Source: an uncultured Piscirickettsiaceae bacterium
Lineage (GTDB): Bacteria > Pseudomonadota > Gammaproteobacteria > GCF-002020875
NCBI GenBank assembly: GCA_964415865.1
Contig: CAYQBY010000005.1
Span: forward strand, 723 to 64,722
Direction of reading: 5' to 3'
Length of the DNA: 64,000 nt
Below are positions 41,017 through 50,419 of this stretch, in pieces. Made by a program: the position numbers and the translations under genes. The notes beneath the pieces were generated by a model. It worked only from the letters and a program-made list of their open reading frames with translations, did not search any database and was not told the origin of the DNA. Numbering within the stretch: the stretch's first letter is position 1; the number at the start of each line of letters is the position of its first letter.

Positions 41017-41418
41017 CTAATTATCTCCAGGCCAGAAAGCCTCTTCTATCCAGTGAAACTGGTATTGATCTTTGTCGAGTGTGGCAGATACTACATCGAA
41101 ACGAATTGCCCACTCTTCATATTGTGGATTGCTCTGCAGATAGTGGAGCGCAGTTCTGGAGAGTCGGTTCTGTTTTGCGGGGGTAACTGTATCGGCCCCA
41201 CTGCCATAATTGCGGTTGCTACGTAAGCGCACCTCCACAAAGATGATGGCTGATTGTTCAGACCTCATAATAAGATCAATCTCTCCCGCTCGGCAGCGAT
41301 AGTTTGAGATTATGAGGGTTAATCCTCTCTGTTCCAGGAACTTGCATGCAGCCAACTCAGCATTATGGCCAACCCTGGATGGGTTTGGAGTTTTATTTAT
41401 TGGCGGTCTCTGTTTCAA
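41017..41418 (-). CDS. yraN: YraN-family (UPF0102) predicted endonuclease
   Basis: GEIDLIMR...VFVEVRxR motif shared with E. coli YraN. 133 aa. Confidence 0.7.
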   Translation of the reverse strand: MKQRPPINKTPNPSRVGHNAELAACKFLEQRGLTLIISNYRCRAGEIDLIMRSEQSAIIFVEVRLRSNRNYGSGADTVTPAKQNRLSRTALHYLQSNPQYEEWAIRFDVVSATLDKDQYQFHWIEEAFWPGDN

Positions 41419-41468
41419 TAGTGGTTAGCTGTCGTTGTTATCGGGATCAGGCGGAGAATTATAGGATT

Positions 41469-42290
41469 GTGAGCGGTGTACTGTATATTGTAGCGACCCC
41501 AATTGGAAATCTGGGGGATTTTTCTCCGCGTGGACAGCAGGCACTTGCGGCCGTTGATCTGATAGTTGCTGAGGATACTCGTCATAGTCGCAATCTTCTG
41601 AACCATTTTGGTATTGATAAGCCACTTCTCTCCATGCACGAACATAATGAGGCTAATCGCGTGGATTCCCTTGTACAGAGAATGTTACAGGGGGAGTCTG
41701 TTGCACAGATAAGTGATGCAGGGACACCATTGATTAGTGATCCAGGTTATTTGTTGGCGCACAAGGCAAGGGAGGAGGGTGTAACCGTGACTACAATTCC
41801 CGGGCCCAGTGCCCCTGTTGTTGCTCTCTCTCTCTCTGGACTGCCTGTTAGTAGATTCAGTTTTGAGGGGTTTATCCCATCGCGGGCTACTGCCAGAGAG
41901 CAATTCTTGCAAAAGCTTGCGACAGAAACCAGAACCATGATTTTTTTTGAATCTCCCAGAAGAGTGATGGATGCACTGCACTCGATGGGCAGATGTTTTG
42001 GGGAGACAAGAAGAGTTTCAGTGGCCAGGGAGTTGACCAAGCTACATGAATCAGTTCATACCGCCCCCCTGAATGAGCTGATTGAGTGGATGGGAGATGA
42101 TAGCAATCGTCAGAGAGGGGAGTTTGTGTTGGTAGTTGAGGGTGCGCAGGAGTTGGAGTGTGATGAGTCAGAGGCTTATCGGATGGTTGAGATATTGGCT
42201 CGTGAACTGCCACCTCGTAAAGCGGCAGATGTTGTGGCTGAGATTACCGGGGTGAGGAAGAATAAGCTGTACCGCTCATTGGTTGAGTAA
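41469..42290 (+). CDS. rsmI: 16S rRNA (cytidine1402-2'-O)-methyltransferase
   Basis: LYIVATPIGNLGD...AEDTRHS tetrapyrrole-methylase-like signature. A GTG start is chosen to avoid overlap with the divergent yraN. Confidence 0.8.
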   Translation: MSGVLYIVATPIGNLGDFSPRGQQALAAVDLIVAEDTRHSRNLLNHFGIDKPLLSMHEHNEANRVDSLVQRMLQGESVAQISDAGTPLISDPGYLLAHKAREEGVTVTTIPGPSAPVVALSLSGLPVSRFSFEGFIPSRATAREQFLQKLATETRTMIFFESPRRVMDALHSMGRCFGETRRVSVARELTKLHESVHTAPLNELIEWMGDDSNRQRGEFVLVVEGAQELECDESEAYRMVEILARELPPRKAADVVAEITGVRKNKLYRSLVE

Positions 42291-42300
42291 CGTATCATTG

Positions 42301-42676
42301 CAGGCGGAAGTCGGCCAGACAATCGCTGTGTTTTTTGAATACAGAGGAAAGTCCGGGCTCCATAGAGCGGAGTGCCAGGTAACGCCTGGGAGGTGAAAAT
42401 CTGTATGGATATAAGCCTATGGATAGTGCCGCAGAAAACAGACCGCCTACGTACGAATCTCGTGCCGGCAAGGGTGAAAAGGTGCGGTAAGAGCGCACCG
42501 CACAACAGGTAACTGCTTGTGGCAGGGTAAACCCCACTTGGAGCAAGACCAAATAGGAGAGCTACAGGAGCTGCTCGCTCTGCTCTCGGGTAGGTCGCTT
42601 GAGGCACATGGTGACGTGTGTCCCAGATGAATGGTTGTCCTAGACAGAACCCGGCTTATCGGCCGACTTCCGCCTC
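42301..42676 (+). ncRNA. rnpB: RNase P RNA, bacterial type A
   Basis: Universally conserved blocks read on the + strand: GAGGAAAGTCCGGGCTCCATAGAGC, GTGCCAGGTAACGCCTGGGAGG, GGTAAACCCCACTTGGAGCAAGACCAAATAGG, ACAGAACCCGGCTTATCGGCC. The terminal helix pairs GGCGGAAGTCGGCC with GGCCGACTTCCGCC. The overlapping minus-strand ORFs are spurious. Confidence 0.9.
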
Positions 42677-42866
42677 TTTATCCGATTCCCGGCTAGTTGA
42701 ACTCACCATCTATTACGTGATTATGATTGTGGTTACATGGTATTTCTGATGAAGAACCTAGATCATATAGATAACAGCATGAAATACAAAGATATCTCGT
42801 CATGATCTTTCTCCTTTAACAACAATTATAACTCCCTGTTATAACGTAACTTTTTCCATTTTTTGG

Positions 42867-42894
42867 TTGATATTGGAAAAAAGTGGCGTATAGT
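42867..42894 (+). promoter_or_regulatory. Sigma70-type promoter (TTGATA-16 bp-TATAGT) upstream of ftsZ-mraZ, a Pmra-like promoter
   Basis: Hexamers at 42867-42872 and 42889-42894 with a 16-bp spacer. A purine-rich RBS (aaagggg) precedes the ftsZ ATG. Confidence 0.5.
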
Positions 42895-42916
42895 GGTTAT
42901 TTGTGGGGCAAAGTGG
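42883..42916 (+). promoter_or_regulatory. Four GTGG direct repeats at exact 10-bp spacing: candidate MraZ operator
   Basis: GTGG at 42883, 42893, 42903 and 42913 (aaGTGGcgtataGTGGttatttGTGGggcaaaGTGGtt). The repeats overlap the -10 hexamer and the downstream region, as in E. coli Pmra. Confidence 0.5.
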
Positions 42917-42954
42917 TTAACTTCCGGTGAGTGTAATATTAAAGGGGTAGCGCA

Positions 42955-44097
42955 ATGTTTGAAGAAGTAGTCGATGCATATACAGATAATGCGATCATTC
43001 GTGTCATTGGTGTGGGAGGGGCAGGGGGCAACGCCTTGGAGCATATGGTGGAGTCAGAAATTGCGGGAGTAGAGTTTATCTGCGCAAACACTGATGCACA
43101 GGCATTGGGAAAATCTTCTGCAGATACAGTTATTCAGATTGGATCACAAACTACCAGGGGTAGAGGTGCAGGTGCAAAGCCGACTATTGGCCGTGATTCT
43201 GCGCTGGAGGATCGTGAACGAATTCGTGAGCTGATTGATGGTACAGAGATGCTCTTTATTACTGCAGGCATGGGTGGTGGCACTGGCACAGGAGCAGCAC
43301 CGGTTGTAGCAGAGGTTGCCAAGGAGATGGGTGTACTTACAGTCGCTGTGGTCACCAAGCCGTTCACCATGGAAGGCAATAATAGAATGAAAGTTGCTCT
43401 GGAGGGTATTGATGAGCTGAGCAAGCATGTTGACTCTATCATTACGATTCCAAATGAGAAGCTAATGACGGTCTTTGGCGCAGACATGACTCTTATGGAT
43501 GCATTCCGTGAGGCAGATAGTGTGCTTCGTGGAGCTGTACAGGGTATTGCCGAGCTGATCACCCGCGAGGGGATGATTAATGTGGATTTTGCTGATGTAA
43601 AAACAGTAATGTCAGAGATGGGCATGGCGATGATGGGAACAGGATCTGCCAGTGGAGAAGATCGTGCTGCCAAGGCGGCCGATGCTGCGCTGCATAGTCC
43701 GCTACTTGAGGATGTGGATCTGAGTGGGGCAAGGGGAATTCTGGTCAATGTAACATCTGGTTATGATCTGACTATGGGCCAGTTCAACGAGGTTGGTACG
43801 GCAGTTCGCCAATATGCGTCAGAGGACGCAACCATCGTGGTAGGTGCAGGTTTTGATGCTGACATGAGTGATGAAATTCGGGTCACCGTGGTTGCTACTG
43901 GACTGGGTGCGGTCACTGAGCAGAAACAGGCCCCTCAGGTAACCAAGCCAACATTGGTTGAGGCAGCAAAGCCAACAGGAACAAATAGTGAGTATGACCA
44001 ACCAACTTATATTCGTGAGAAGAGTGAATCAACAGATGGTGGGTTTGATGAGGAGTTGTTTGATATTCCGGCCTTCCTGAGAGCTCAGGCTAACTGA
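42955..44097 (+). CDS. ftsZ: Cell-division GTPase FtsZ, located upstream of mraZ rather than downstream of ftsA
   Basis: Tubulin signature GGGTGTG, the T7 loop, and the C-terminal FtsA/ZipA-binding peptide DIPAFLRAQAN. 380 aa. Confidence 0.95.
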   Translation: MFEEVVDAYTDNAIIRVIGVGGAGGNALEHMVESEIAGVEFICANTDAQALGKSSADTVIQIGSQTTRGRGAGAKPTIGRDSALEDRERIRELIDGTEMLFITAGMGGGTGTGAAPVVAEVAKEMGVLTVAVVTKPFTMEGNNRMKVALEGIDELSKHVDSIITIPNEKLMTVFGADMTLMDAFREADSVLRGAVQGIAELITREGMINVDFADVKTVMSEMGMAMMGTGSASGEDRAAKAADAALHSPLLEDVDLSGARGILVNVTSGYDLTMGQFNEVGTAVRQYASEDATIVVGAGFDADMSDEIRVTVVATGLGAVTEQKQAPQVTKPTLVEAAKPTGTNSEYDQPTYIREKSESTDGGFDEELFDIPAFLRAQAN

Positions 44098-44127
44098 TTG
44101 CAGGTTGCTGTTTTCGGTTTATAGATC

Positions 44128-44571
44128 ATGTTTCGTGGTAACAAAACAGTAAGTCTCGATAACAAGGGGAGGATATCTATACCTTCTCATTATCGAGCCA
44201 GGTTGTTGGAGTCCTCCGGAGGCACCGTTATTGTTGCCCCAAGTTTTCGTTCTTCCTCTCTTGATCTGTTTCCTCTATATGAGTGGGAGGAGAGAGTGGA
44301 GAACTACATCGATACTCTGGATAGCAAGAAGCAGATTCTGTTGCGGCGTGCGGTTATTGGTAGGGCGCTGGAGTGTGAAATGGATGGAAGTGGCCGTATT
44401 CTGCTTTCCCAGAAGTTACGCGATTATGCAGAACTCGAAAAGTCAGCAGTTCTGGCAGGAGTTGGCTACAAACTGGAGCTCTGGAATGAGGCTGACTGGA
44501 TCGATGCCTCATTAGAAGAGGAAGGGCTTAGCAAAGAAGACCTGAGCCTGCTCGAGGATGTCTATATCTGA
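44128..44571 (+). CDS. mraZ: Transcriptional regulator MraZ
   Basis: MFRGNKTVSLDNKGRISIP... shows the duplicated MraZ fold motif. 147 aa. Confidence 0.9.
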   Translation: MFRGNKTVSLDNKGRISIPSHYRARLLESSGGTVIVAPSFRSSSLDLFPLYEWEERVENYIDTLDSKKQILLRRAVIGRALECEMDGSGRILLSQKLRDYAELEKSAVLAGVGYKLELWNEADWIDASLEEEGLSKEDLSLLEDVYI

Positions 44572-45535
44572 TAAGGGGCACCATAAGGCCGCCCACTATT
44601 CAGTTATGCTGGAGGAGGCAGTTGCCAGCCTCAATATAAAGCCCGATGGATTTTATGTGGATGCCACTTTTGGTAGAGGAGGGCATGCTGTAGAAATTCT
44701 GCAACGACTCTCACCTAAAGGGCAACTCCTGCTAATGGATCGTGATCCAACTGCTATCAAGGCAGCGGAGGAGAGATTCTCTGGAGACTCCAGAGTTTCT
44801 ATTGTCCACGCCCCTTTCTCTGATCTTGAGAAGATGCTGGTGCAATGTGGAGTGCAAGATAAGATTGACGGTATCTTGCTGGACTTGGGGGTCTCTTCCC
44901 CTCAGCTTGATCAGGCGGCACGAGGCTTCAGTTTTATGCAGCAGGGGCCACTGGATATGCGCATGGATCCACAACATGGTGTAAGTGCAGCGGAGTGGAT
45001 CAAGGGTGCTGCTCAGGATGAGATTGCGAATGTGCTATGGGAGTTTGGAGATGAGCGTCATTCCAGACGGATTGCCAGAGCTATTGTCCGAAAACGTGAA
45101 GAAGAGCCTATAACAACAACCATGCAACTGGCAGAGATTGTAAGGCAGGCTCTTCCCGGTCACCATAAACGCCATCCTGCAACCAAAACATTCCAAGCTG
45201 TTCGTATTTACATAAACAGAGAACTTGATGAACTCAGAGAGATGCTTGATCAGATTGTTGATCTGCTGGCAACAAGAGGACGAGTGGCCATTATCAGTTT
45301 TCACTCGCTTGAGGATAGAATGGTGAAACGATTTTTCCGCAAGTGTGAAAAAGGGGAGAGCAATCTACCTCCGGACCTGCCGATTCGTGTGGTAGAGCAT
45401 CATGGGGTAATGCGAGTGATAGGAAAGGCACAATTTCCATCCCCAGAAGAGGTCACTATTAATCCACGCTCCAGAAGCGCGGTATTGAGAGTCGCAGAAA
45501 AGCTTGATCCCCAAGATGGTGGAGCAAAGAGATAG
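44558..45535 (+). CDS. rsmH: 16S rRNA m4C1402 methyltransferase
   Basis: HYSVMLEEAV...DATFGRGGH SAM-binding motif. Confidence 0.9.
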   Translation: MSISDKGHHKAAHYSVMLEEAVASLNIKPDGFYVDATFGRGGHAVEILQRLSPKGQLLLMDRDPTAIKAAEERFSGDSRVSIVHAPFSDLEKMLVQCGVQDKIDGILLDLGVSSPQLDQAARGFSFMQQGPLDMRMDPQHGVSAAEWIKGAAQDEIANVLWEFGDERHSRRIARAIVRKREEEPITTTMQLAEIVRQALPGHHKRHPATKTFQAVRIYINRELDELREMLDQIVDLLATRGRVAIISFHSLEDRMVKRFFRKCEKGESNLPPDLPIRVVEHHGVMRVIGKAQFPSPEEVTINPRSRSAVLRVAEKLDPQDGGAKR

Positions 45536-45829
45536 ATGACGCGTTGGTATGAGGCAAATTTTATTATTCGTGGTGGCCTGTTGCCCCTGCTGATTGTGCT
45601 GGTTATAGGTAGTGCAATGGGGGTCATATATCTGCAGCATCGAGAGATTCAGCTCTATATACATCTACAGGGGTTGAAGAAGCAGTATGATCGAGCACTA
45701 GAGGAGCAGGGAAGACTTCGTCTGGAGGAGGCAGCATGGGGGAATCTTGCAAAAATTGAGGAACGCGCAAGAGGTGAGTTGGGCATGTCCTATCCTGAGG
45801 GAGGGCAAAGAGTGGTGATTCATCAGTGA
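45536..45829 (+). CDS. ftsL: Cell-division protein FtsL
   Basis: 97-aa bitopic protein with a TM helix and a leucine-zipper-like periplasmic segment. It sits in the conserved position between rsmH and ftsI. Confidence 0.7.
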   Translation: MTRWYEANFIIRGGLLPLLIVLVIGSAMGVIYLQHREIQLYIHLQGLKKQYDRALEEQGRLRLEEAAWGNLAKIEERARGELGMSYPEGGQRVVIHQ

Positions 45830-47550
45830 GACGAGGAGCAGTAACCGGCGACACAATGGTACGGCGGATAGTTGTTGGAGCACCTTTGTTGGCGGCAACT
45901 GCTGTTCTGGTATGGAGGGCGGTAATGCTTCACGTGTTGCCGCAAGAGGTCAGTGTAAAACTGCCTGGTCGAGTTACACAACATATCGGTGAGATGGAGA
46001 TTCCCGCTATCCGTGGCGAGATTGTTGACCGTAATGGTGCCGTGCTTGCGTTGAGTACCCCTGTGGTCACTGTTGGCTGTAATCCTCAAAAATTTCCAGA
46101 TTCCGGAGAAACTCGAAGCAGGTTGGCAAGACTGTTGGGAGAGAGTGAGAGTTGGTTGAGTGAAAAGCTGAAGCGGCATTCATCAAAACAGTATATTCCT
46201 CTGAAAAGACAGGTTGCACCTCATGTGCATAAGAAGATTGCGGCACTAAATATTGAGGGTATTGAATTTCGTCGAGGTGTGCGCCGGTATTATCCAGAGG
46301 GGGAGGCGATGGCATCCTTCCTCGGCTTTACCGATCAGCATGATAAGGGGCAGGAGGGGATTGAGCTGGCTTACGATGAGTGGCTTGATGGATCTCCAGA
46401 TAGAGTTCAGGTAGTGAGAGATGCATCCAGAAAACCTATCGAGACGCTGGGGCTAATTGAACAGGGAGAAGAGGGTAAGCGACTCTACTTGAGTCTGGAT
46501 CGCCGCTTACAGTTTCTTGCCTACAGATCTCTTGGTAAGGCAATCAGGGACCATGATGCATCATCAGGTTCAGTTGTTGTGCTGGACTCGGATCATGGAG
46601 AGGTGTTGGCGATGGTGAGTATTCCATCCTTTAACCCTAATGATCCAGCACAGCGACAAGGTGGTGCACTGCGCAATCGTGCAGTTACTGATCTGCTTGA
46701 GCCGGGCTCCACCATGAAGCCATTCACTGTGGCTGCTGCTCTTGATAGTGGTGCAGTTAATCTTGAGACGATTATTGATACCTCTCCCGGCAGGCTGAGG
46801 ATTGGTAAAAAGGTGATCAGGGAGTTTAAAAATCATAATTACAAGCAGATAAATCTGCAGACGCTGGTTCAAAAGTCCAGTAACGTCGGGTCTGCCAAGC
46901 TTGCTCTTATGATGAAGCCACAGCAGTTTTGGCGAGTGCTTGATCTGGCCGGAATCGGGGAGTTGACAGGTTCCGGTTTTCCGGGAGAGGGGACGGGAGT
47001 CCTGCGTGATTATGCAAGATGGAGAAAGGTTGACAGGGCGACCCTCTCCTATGGTTACGGCATGAATCTGACGCCACTACAGTTAGCTAGAGCATACTCG
47101 GCAATTGCCGAAGACGGAATGATTCGTCCCGTTACTTTTTTGCATAAACGTAATCAGGAAGAGAGAGGAGGGGTGCGCAGGGTGATATCGGCAAATACAG
47201 CACAGGCTCTCCGTTTGATGATGGAGAGTGTTACTCAAAATGAGGGGACAGCACGTAGGGCAAGGGTAAGAGAGTACAGGGTTGCAGGCAAGACCGGCAC
47301 AGTTGATAAGCTTGTTGGTGGAAAATATTATGATGAAGATGGAAAAGCGCTTGGGCATACAGCACTGTTTGCCGGAATGGCGCCAGTCAATGATCCAAAA
47401 ATTGTTGTGGTTGTGGTTGTGGATGACCCCAAGGGAAAAAAATATACCGGGGGCTGGGTGTCGGCCCCAGTATTTTCTGAGGTTATGGGTGGTGCATTGC
47501 GGGTGATGGGTATATCGCCAGACTCTACAGACAGTGATGAGCTCTCATGA
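45826..47550 (+). CDS. ftsI: Peptidoglycan D,D-transpeptidase FtsI (PBP3)
   Basis: Transpeptidase motifs STMKPF, SSN and KTG(T). Confidence 0.9.
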   Translation: MRRGAVTGDTMVRRIVVGAPLLAATAVLVWRAVMLHVLPQEVSVKLPGRVTQHIGEMEIPAIRGEIVDRNGAVLALSTPVVTVGCNPQKFPDSGETRSRLARLLGESESWLSEKLKRHSSKQYIPLKRQVAPHVHKKIAALNIEGIEFRRGVRRYYPEGEAMASFLGFTDQHDKGQEGIELAYDEWLDGSPDRVQVVRDASRKPIETLGLIEQGEEGKRLYLSLDRRLQFLAYRSLGKAIRDHDASSGSVVVLDSDHGEVLAMVSIPSFNPNDPAQRQGGALRNRAVTDLLEPGSTMKPFTVAAALDSGAVNLETIIDTSPGRLRIGKKVIREFKNHNYKQINLQTLVQKSSNVGSAKLALMMKPQQFWRVLDLAGIGELTGSGFPGEGTGVLRDYARWRKVDRATLSYGYGMNLTPLQLARAYSAIAEDGMIRPVTFLHKRNQEERGGVRRVISANTAQALRLMMESVTQNEGTARRARVREYRVAGKTGTVDKLVGGKYYDEDGKALGHTALFAGMAPVNDPKIVVVVVVDDPKGKKYTGGWVSAPVFSEVMGGALRVMGISPDSTDSDELS

Positions 47551-49058
47551 TGTCTGGTGAGGAGAGACAGAGTTGGAGTCTGGGAGTACTGCTAAATGGC
47601 TTTGCTGTTGTGCCTCCACACCTTTCTGCGGTCGTGGTAGAAGGGATTTCTATAGATAGCCGTACAGTATCTGCTGGTGATATGTTTATTGCAATTTCTG
47701 GCACCAACAAGGATGGAGCTGACTATATTGAACAGGCTATCAGCAAGGGAGCAGTTGTGGTCTTGTTGGAGAATGGTTCTAGGGAATATCTACAAGGGGT
47801 GATGGTTGAGGATTTGAGAAGTGTGACCGGAAGGATTGCCAGCCGATTTTATGGTCATCCATCCAGTAAATTGAAAATTGCTGCAGTGACAGGGACAGAC
47901 GGCAAGAGCTCAGTTACACATTTTATTGCCTCTGCAATGGAGCAGATTGAGGGTGGAGCGTCAGTTATTGGAACACTTGGTGGGCAGTTAATGGCGGATG
48001 AGCAGGGCAGAGTTGCTACTGGCCATACCACACCCCCATCTATTGAGCTGCAGAAACTCTTTTCCCGGTTTCTGGCATCAGGAGCAAAAAGTGTGGCACT
48101 GGAGGCCTCGTCACATGGAATAGAGCAGTCTAGGCTTTCTGGCAGTGTAATTAACAGCGCTGTATTGACGCAGGTTGGGCGAGATCACCTGGATTATCAT
48201 GGCTCCATCAGCAACTATCGTGAGGTGAAGAGAGGATTGTTCTATATGCCGGATCTTGAGTCGGTCGTAGTGAATCTGGATGATGAGCTGGGGCGTGAGA
48301 TTTATCTTGATCCTGCAAGAGAAGTAAAGTGTATAGGTTATGGTCTTGAGAGTGATGAGATAAAACCGGACCTTTACGGGAAAATAATAATGCAAGGTCA
48401 TAAAGGGATAGCGCTAAAAATTGAGTACCAGCACGAGAGCAAGATATTGAATAGCATGCTCTATGGAAAATTTAATGCCAGTAATTTGTTAGCCTCGCTT
48501 GGTCTCTTAATCAGCTGGAAGATTTCATTTGCCAGGGCAGTTGACCTACTGGAGAGAGTGGTGCCGGTTCCTGGTCGTATGGAGCCATTTATGGGCAACG
48601 GACCCACCATAATAGTCGATTATGCGCATACCCCCGGGGCGCTTGCTGCGGCACTGGTGGCAATACGAGAACACCTGTCTGGCGCATCAACGTCTGGAAA
48701 GATATGGGTTCTGTTTGGCTGTGGTGGTGACCGTGACAAGGGGAAACGCCAGGAGATGGGGGCAGTAGCAGAGCAGTATGCCGATGTGGTGATATTGACC
48801 GATGATAATCCACGGGGGGAGTCGGCTGAGGAGATTGTTCAACAAATTCTTCTTGGTATGGAGCAGCCAGATCAGGTTAAGGTGATTCATGACAGGGCAG
48901 AGGCAATTCATTACAGTTATGGAGAAGCTGGTCGCGATGATATTGTATTAATCGCAGGCAAGGGACATGAGGAATATCAGCTGGTTGGGAATAAAAAGAT
49001 TTCATTTAGTGATCGTACAGTGGCAGTCTCCATAACGGTAGATGGTGAGCTTTCATGA
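47547..49058 (+). CDS. murE: UDP-MurNAc-tripeptide synthetase (meso-DAP adding)
   Basis: Mur ligase P-loop GTDGKSS, and the DNPR motif typical of DAP-adding MurE. Confidence 0.9.
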   Translation: MMSGEERQSWSLGVLLNGFAVVPPHLSAVVVEGISIDSRTVSAGDMFIAISGTNKDGADYIEQAISKGAVVVLLENGSREYLQGVMVEDLRSVTGRIASRFYGHPSSKLKIAAVTGTDGKSSVTHFIASAMEQIEGGASVIGTLGGQLMADEQGRVATGHTTPPSIELQKLFSRFLASGAKSVALEASSHGIEQSRLSGSVINSAVLTQVGRDHLDYHGSISNYREVKRGLFYMPDLESVVVNLDDELGREIYLDPAREVKCIGYGLESDEIKPDLYGKIIMQGHKGIALKIEYQHESKILNSMLYGKFNASNLLASLGLLISWKISFARAVDLLERVVPVPGRMEPFMGNGPTIIVDYAHTPGALAAALVAIREHLSGASTSGKIWVLFGCGGDRDKGKRQEMGAVAEQYADVVILTDDNPRGESAEEIVQQILLGMEQPDQVKVIHDRAEAIHYSYGEAGRDDIVLIAGKGHEEYQLVGNKKISFSDRTVAVSITVDGELS

Positions 49059-50419
49059 CGGGAGAGGTGCAAATCAAAAGGCTCTCTGATGTTGCGGAGA
49101 TATTAAGTGGTCAGCTTGTTGGTAAAGACAGCAATTTTCATGGGGTGAGCAGTGATACCAGAACAGTGGGTTCAGGTGAGCTATTTGTGGCGTTACGGGG
49201 ACCAAATTTTGATGGTGGAGAGTATCTGGATGTTGCCCTTAACAAAGGCGCTAATGGTGCAATTACAGAGCGGGCGTATGAGAGCGAACTACCACAAATT
49301 GTGGTGGGGAATACGCTGGATGCACTCGGGCAGATTGCTGCCTCATGGAGAGCTCAATTTGAGATTCCTCTATTGGCAGTTACCGGAAGTAATGGGAAGA
49401 CCACAGTAAAGGAGATGGTCGCATCGATACTGAATCAGCTTGGTCCTGGTACAGTCACCCAGGGCAACCTCAATAATGAGATCGGCGTTCCGTTAACCTT
49501 GCTGCAGATCTCTGCAGAGGACCGGTGGGCAGTTGTTGAGATGGGAGCAAGTGCGATGGGAGAGATTGCAAAACTATCGGCAATGGCACAACCAACAGCT
49601 GCCTTGGTAAATAATGTCGGTTCCGCACATCTTGGCGGGTTTGGATCAGTTGAGAAGATTGCCAGAGCCAAGGGTGAGATCTATGCCGGGTTGCGTAGTG
49701 ATGGTGTTGCACTAATTAACCATGACCTGTCTGAGGCAGAAGGGTGGAGAGCTTCGATAGCTGAACGAAAAATTGAGACCTATGGATCTACCGGTTCACC
49801 ATCACTGCTCTCTGCTGTAGTTGAGACTGGAAAACCTTTTCGGATATCTCATCAAGGGGAGTCGTTGGAGGTAGAATTACCCCTTCCAGGCGAACACAAC
49901 AAAATGAACGCACTTGCTGCTGCAGCTCTCTCCATACAGGCTGGTGCCTCACTGAGACAGGTAAAGCATGGGTTAGAGGACATGCACCCAGTACCAGGGC
50001 GGTTGGAGATGAAGTTAGGAAAGGATGGGGCAGCGGTTATTGATGATACCTATAATGCCAGTCCAGAATCAATGATGCGGGCTATAGAGGTGATCTCCTC
50101 TATGGAGGGGAGAAAAACGGTTGTACTGGGAGATATGGGTGAATTAGGAGATGAGGCGCTGCATCTTCACTATGAGGTTGGGGTGGCAGCAAAATCAGCA
50201 GGAGTTGATCAGCTTTATGCATTGGGCAGTAATGCTACTGAGTATCTATCCGGATTTGGTGAGGGTGCGGTTCTGTTTGAGAGTCATGAACAGTTGGTTA
50301 CCGCCTTGAAAGAAGAGATGGATAAAGAGAGAATAATTTTGGTCAAGGGGTCACGATTTATGAAGATGGAACGTATTGTAGATGGGATTGTTGCCAATAG
50401 ATCTGGTGGCAAGCCATGA
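49055..50419 (+). CDS. murF: UDP-MurNAc-pentapeptide synthetase
   Basis: Mur ligase P-loop GSNGKTT. Conserved position in the cluster. Confidence 0.9.
   Translation: MTGEVQIKRLSDVAEILSGQLVGKDSNFHGVSSDTRTVGSGELFVALRGPNFDGGEYLDVALNKGANGAITERAYESELPQIVVGNTLDALGQIAASWRAQFEIPLLAVTGSNGKTTVKEMVASILNQLGPGTVTQGNLNNEIGVPLTLLQISAEDRWAVVEMGASAMGEIAKLSAMAQPTAALVNNVGSAHLGGFGSVEKIARAKGEIYAGLRSDGVALINHDLSEAEGWRASIAERKIETYGSTGSPSLLSAVVETGKPFRISHQGESLEVELPLPGEHNKMNALAAAALSIQAGASLRQVKHGLEDMHPVPGRLEMKLGKDGAAVIDDTYNASPESMMRAIEVISSMEGRKTVVLGDMGELGDEALHLHYEVGVAAKSAGVDQLYALGSNATEYLSGFGEGAVLFESHEQLVTALKEEMDKERIILVKGSRFMKMERIVDGIVANRSGGKP

Noticed and set aside
42176-42607. Minus-strand ORFs of 143 aa and 85 aa overlapping the rnpB region
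   Set aside because: They lie antisense to a clearly recognisable RNase P RNA. The region is GC-rich and structured, and the ORFs are artefacts of open frames through the RNA gene.
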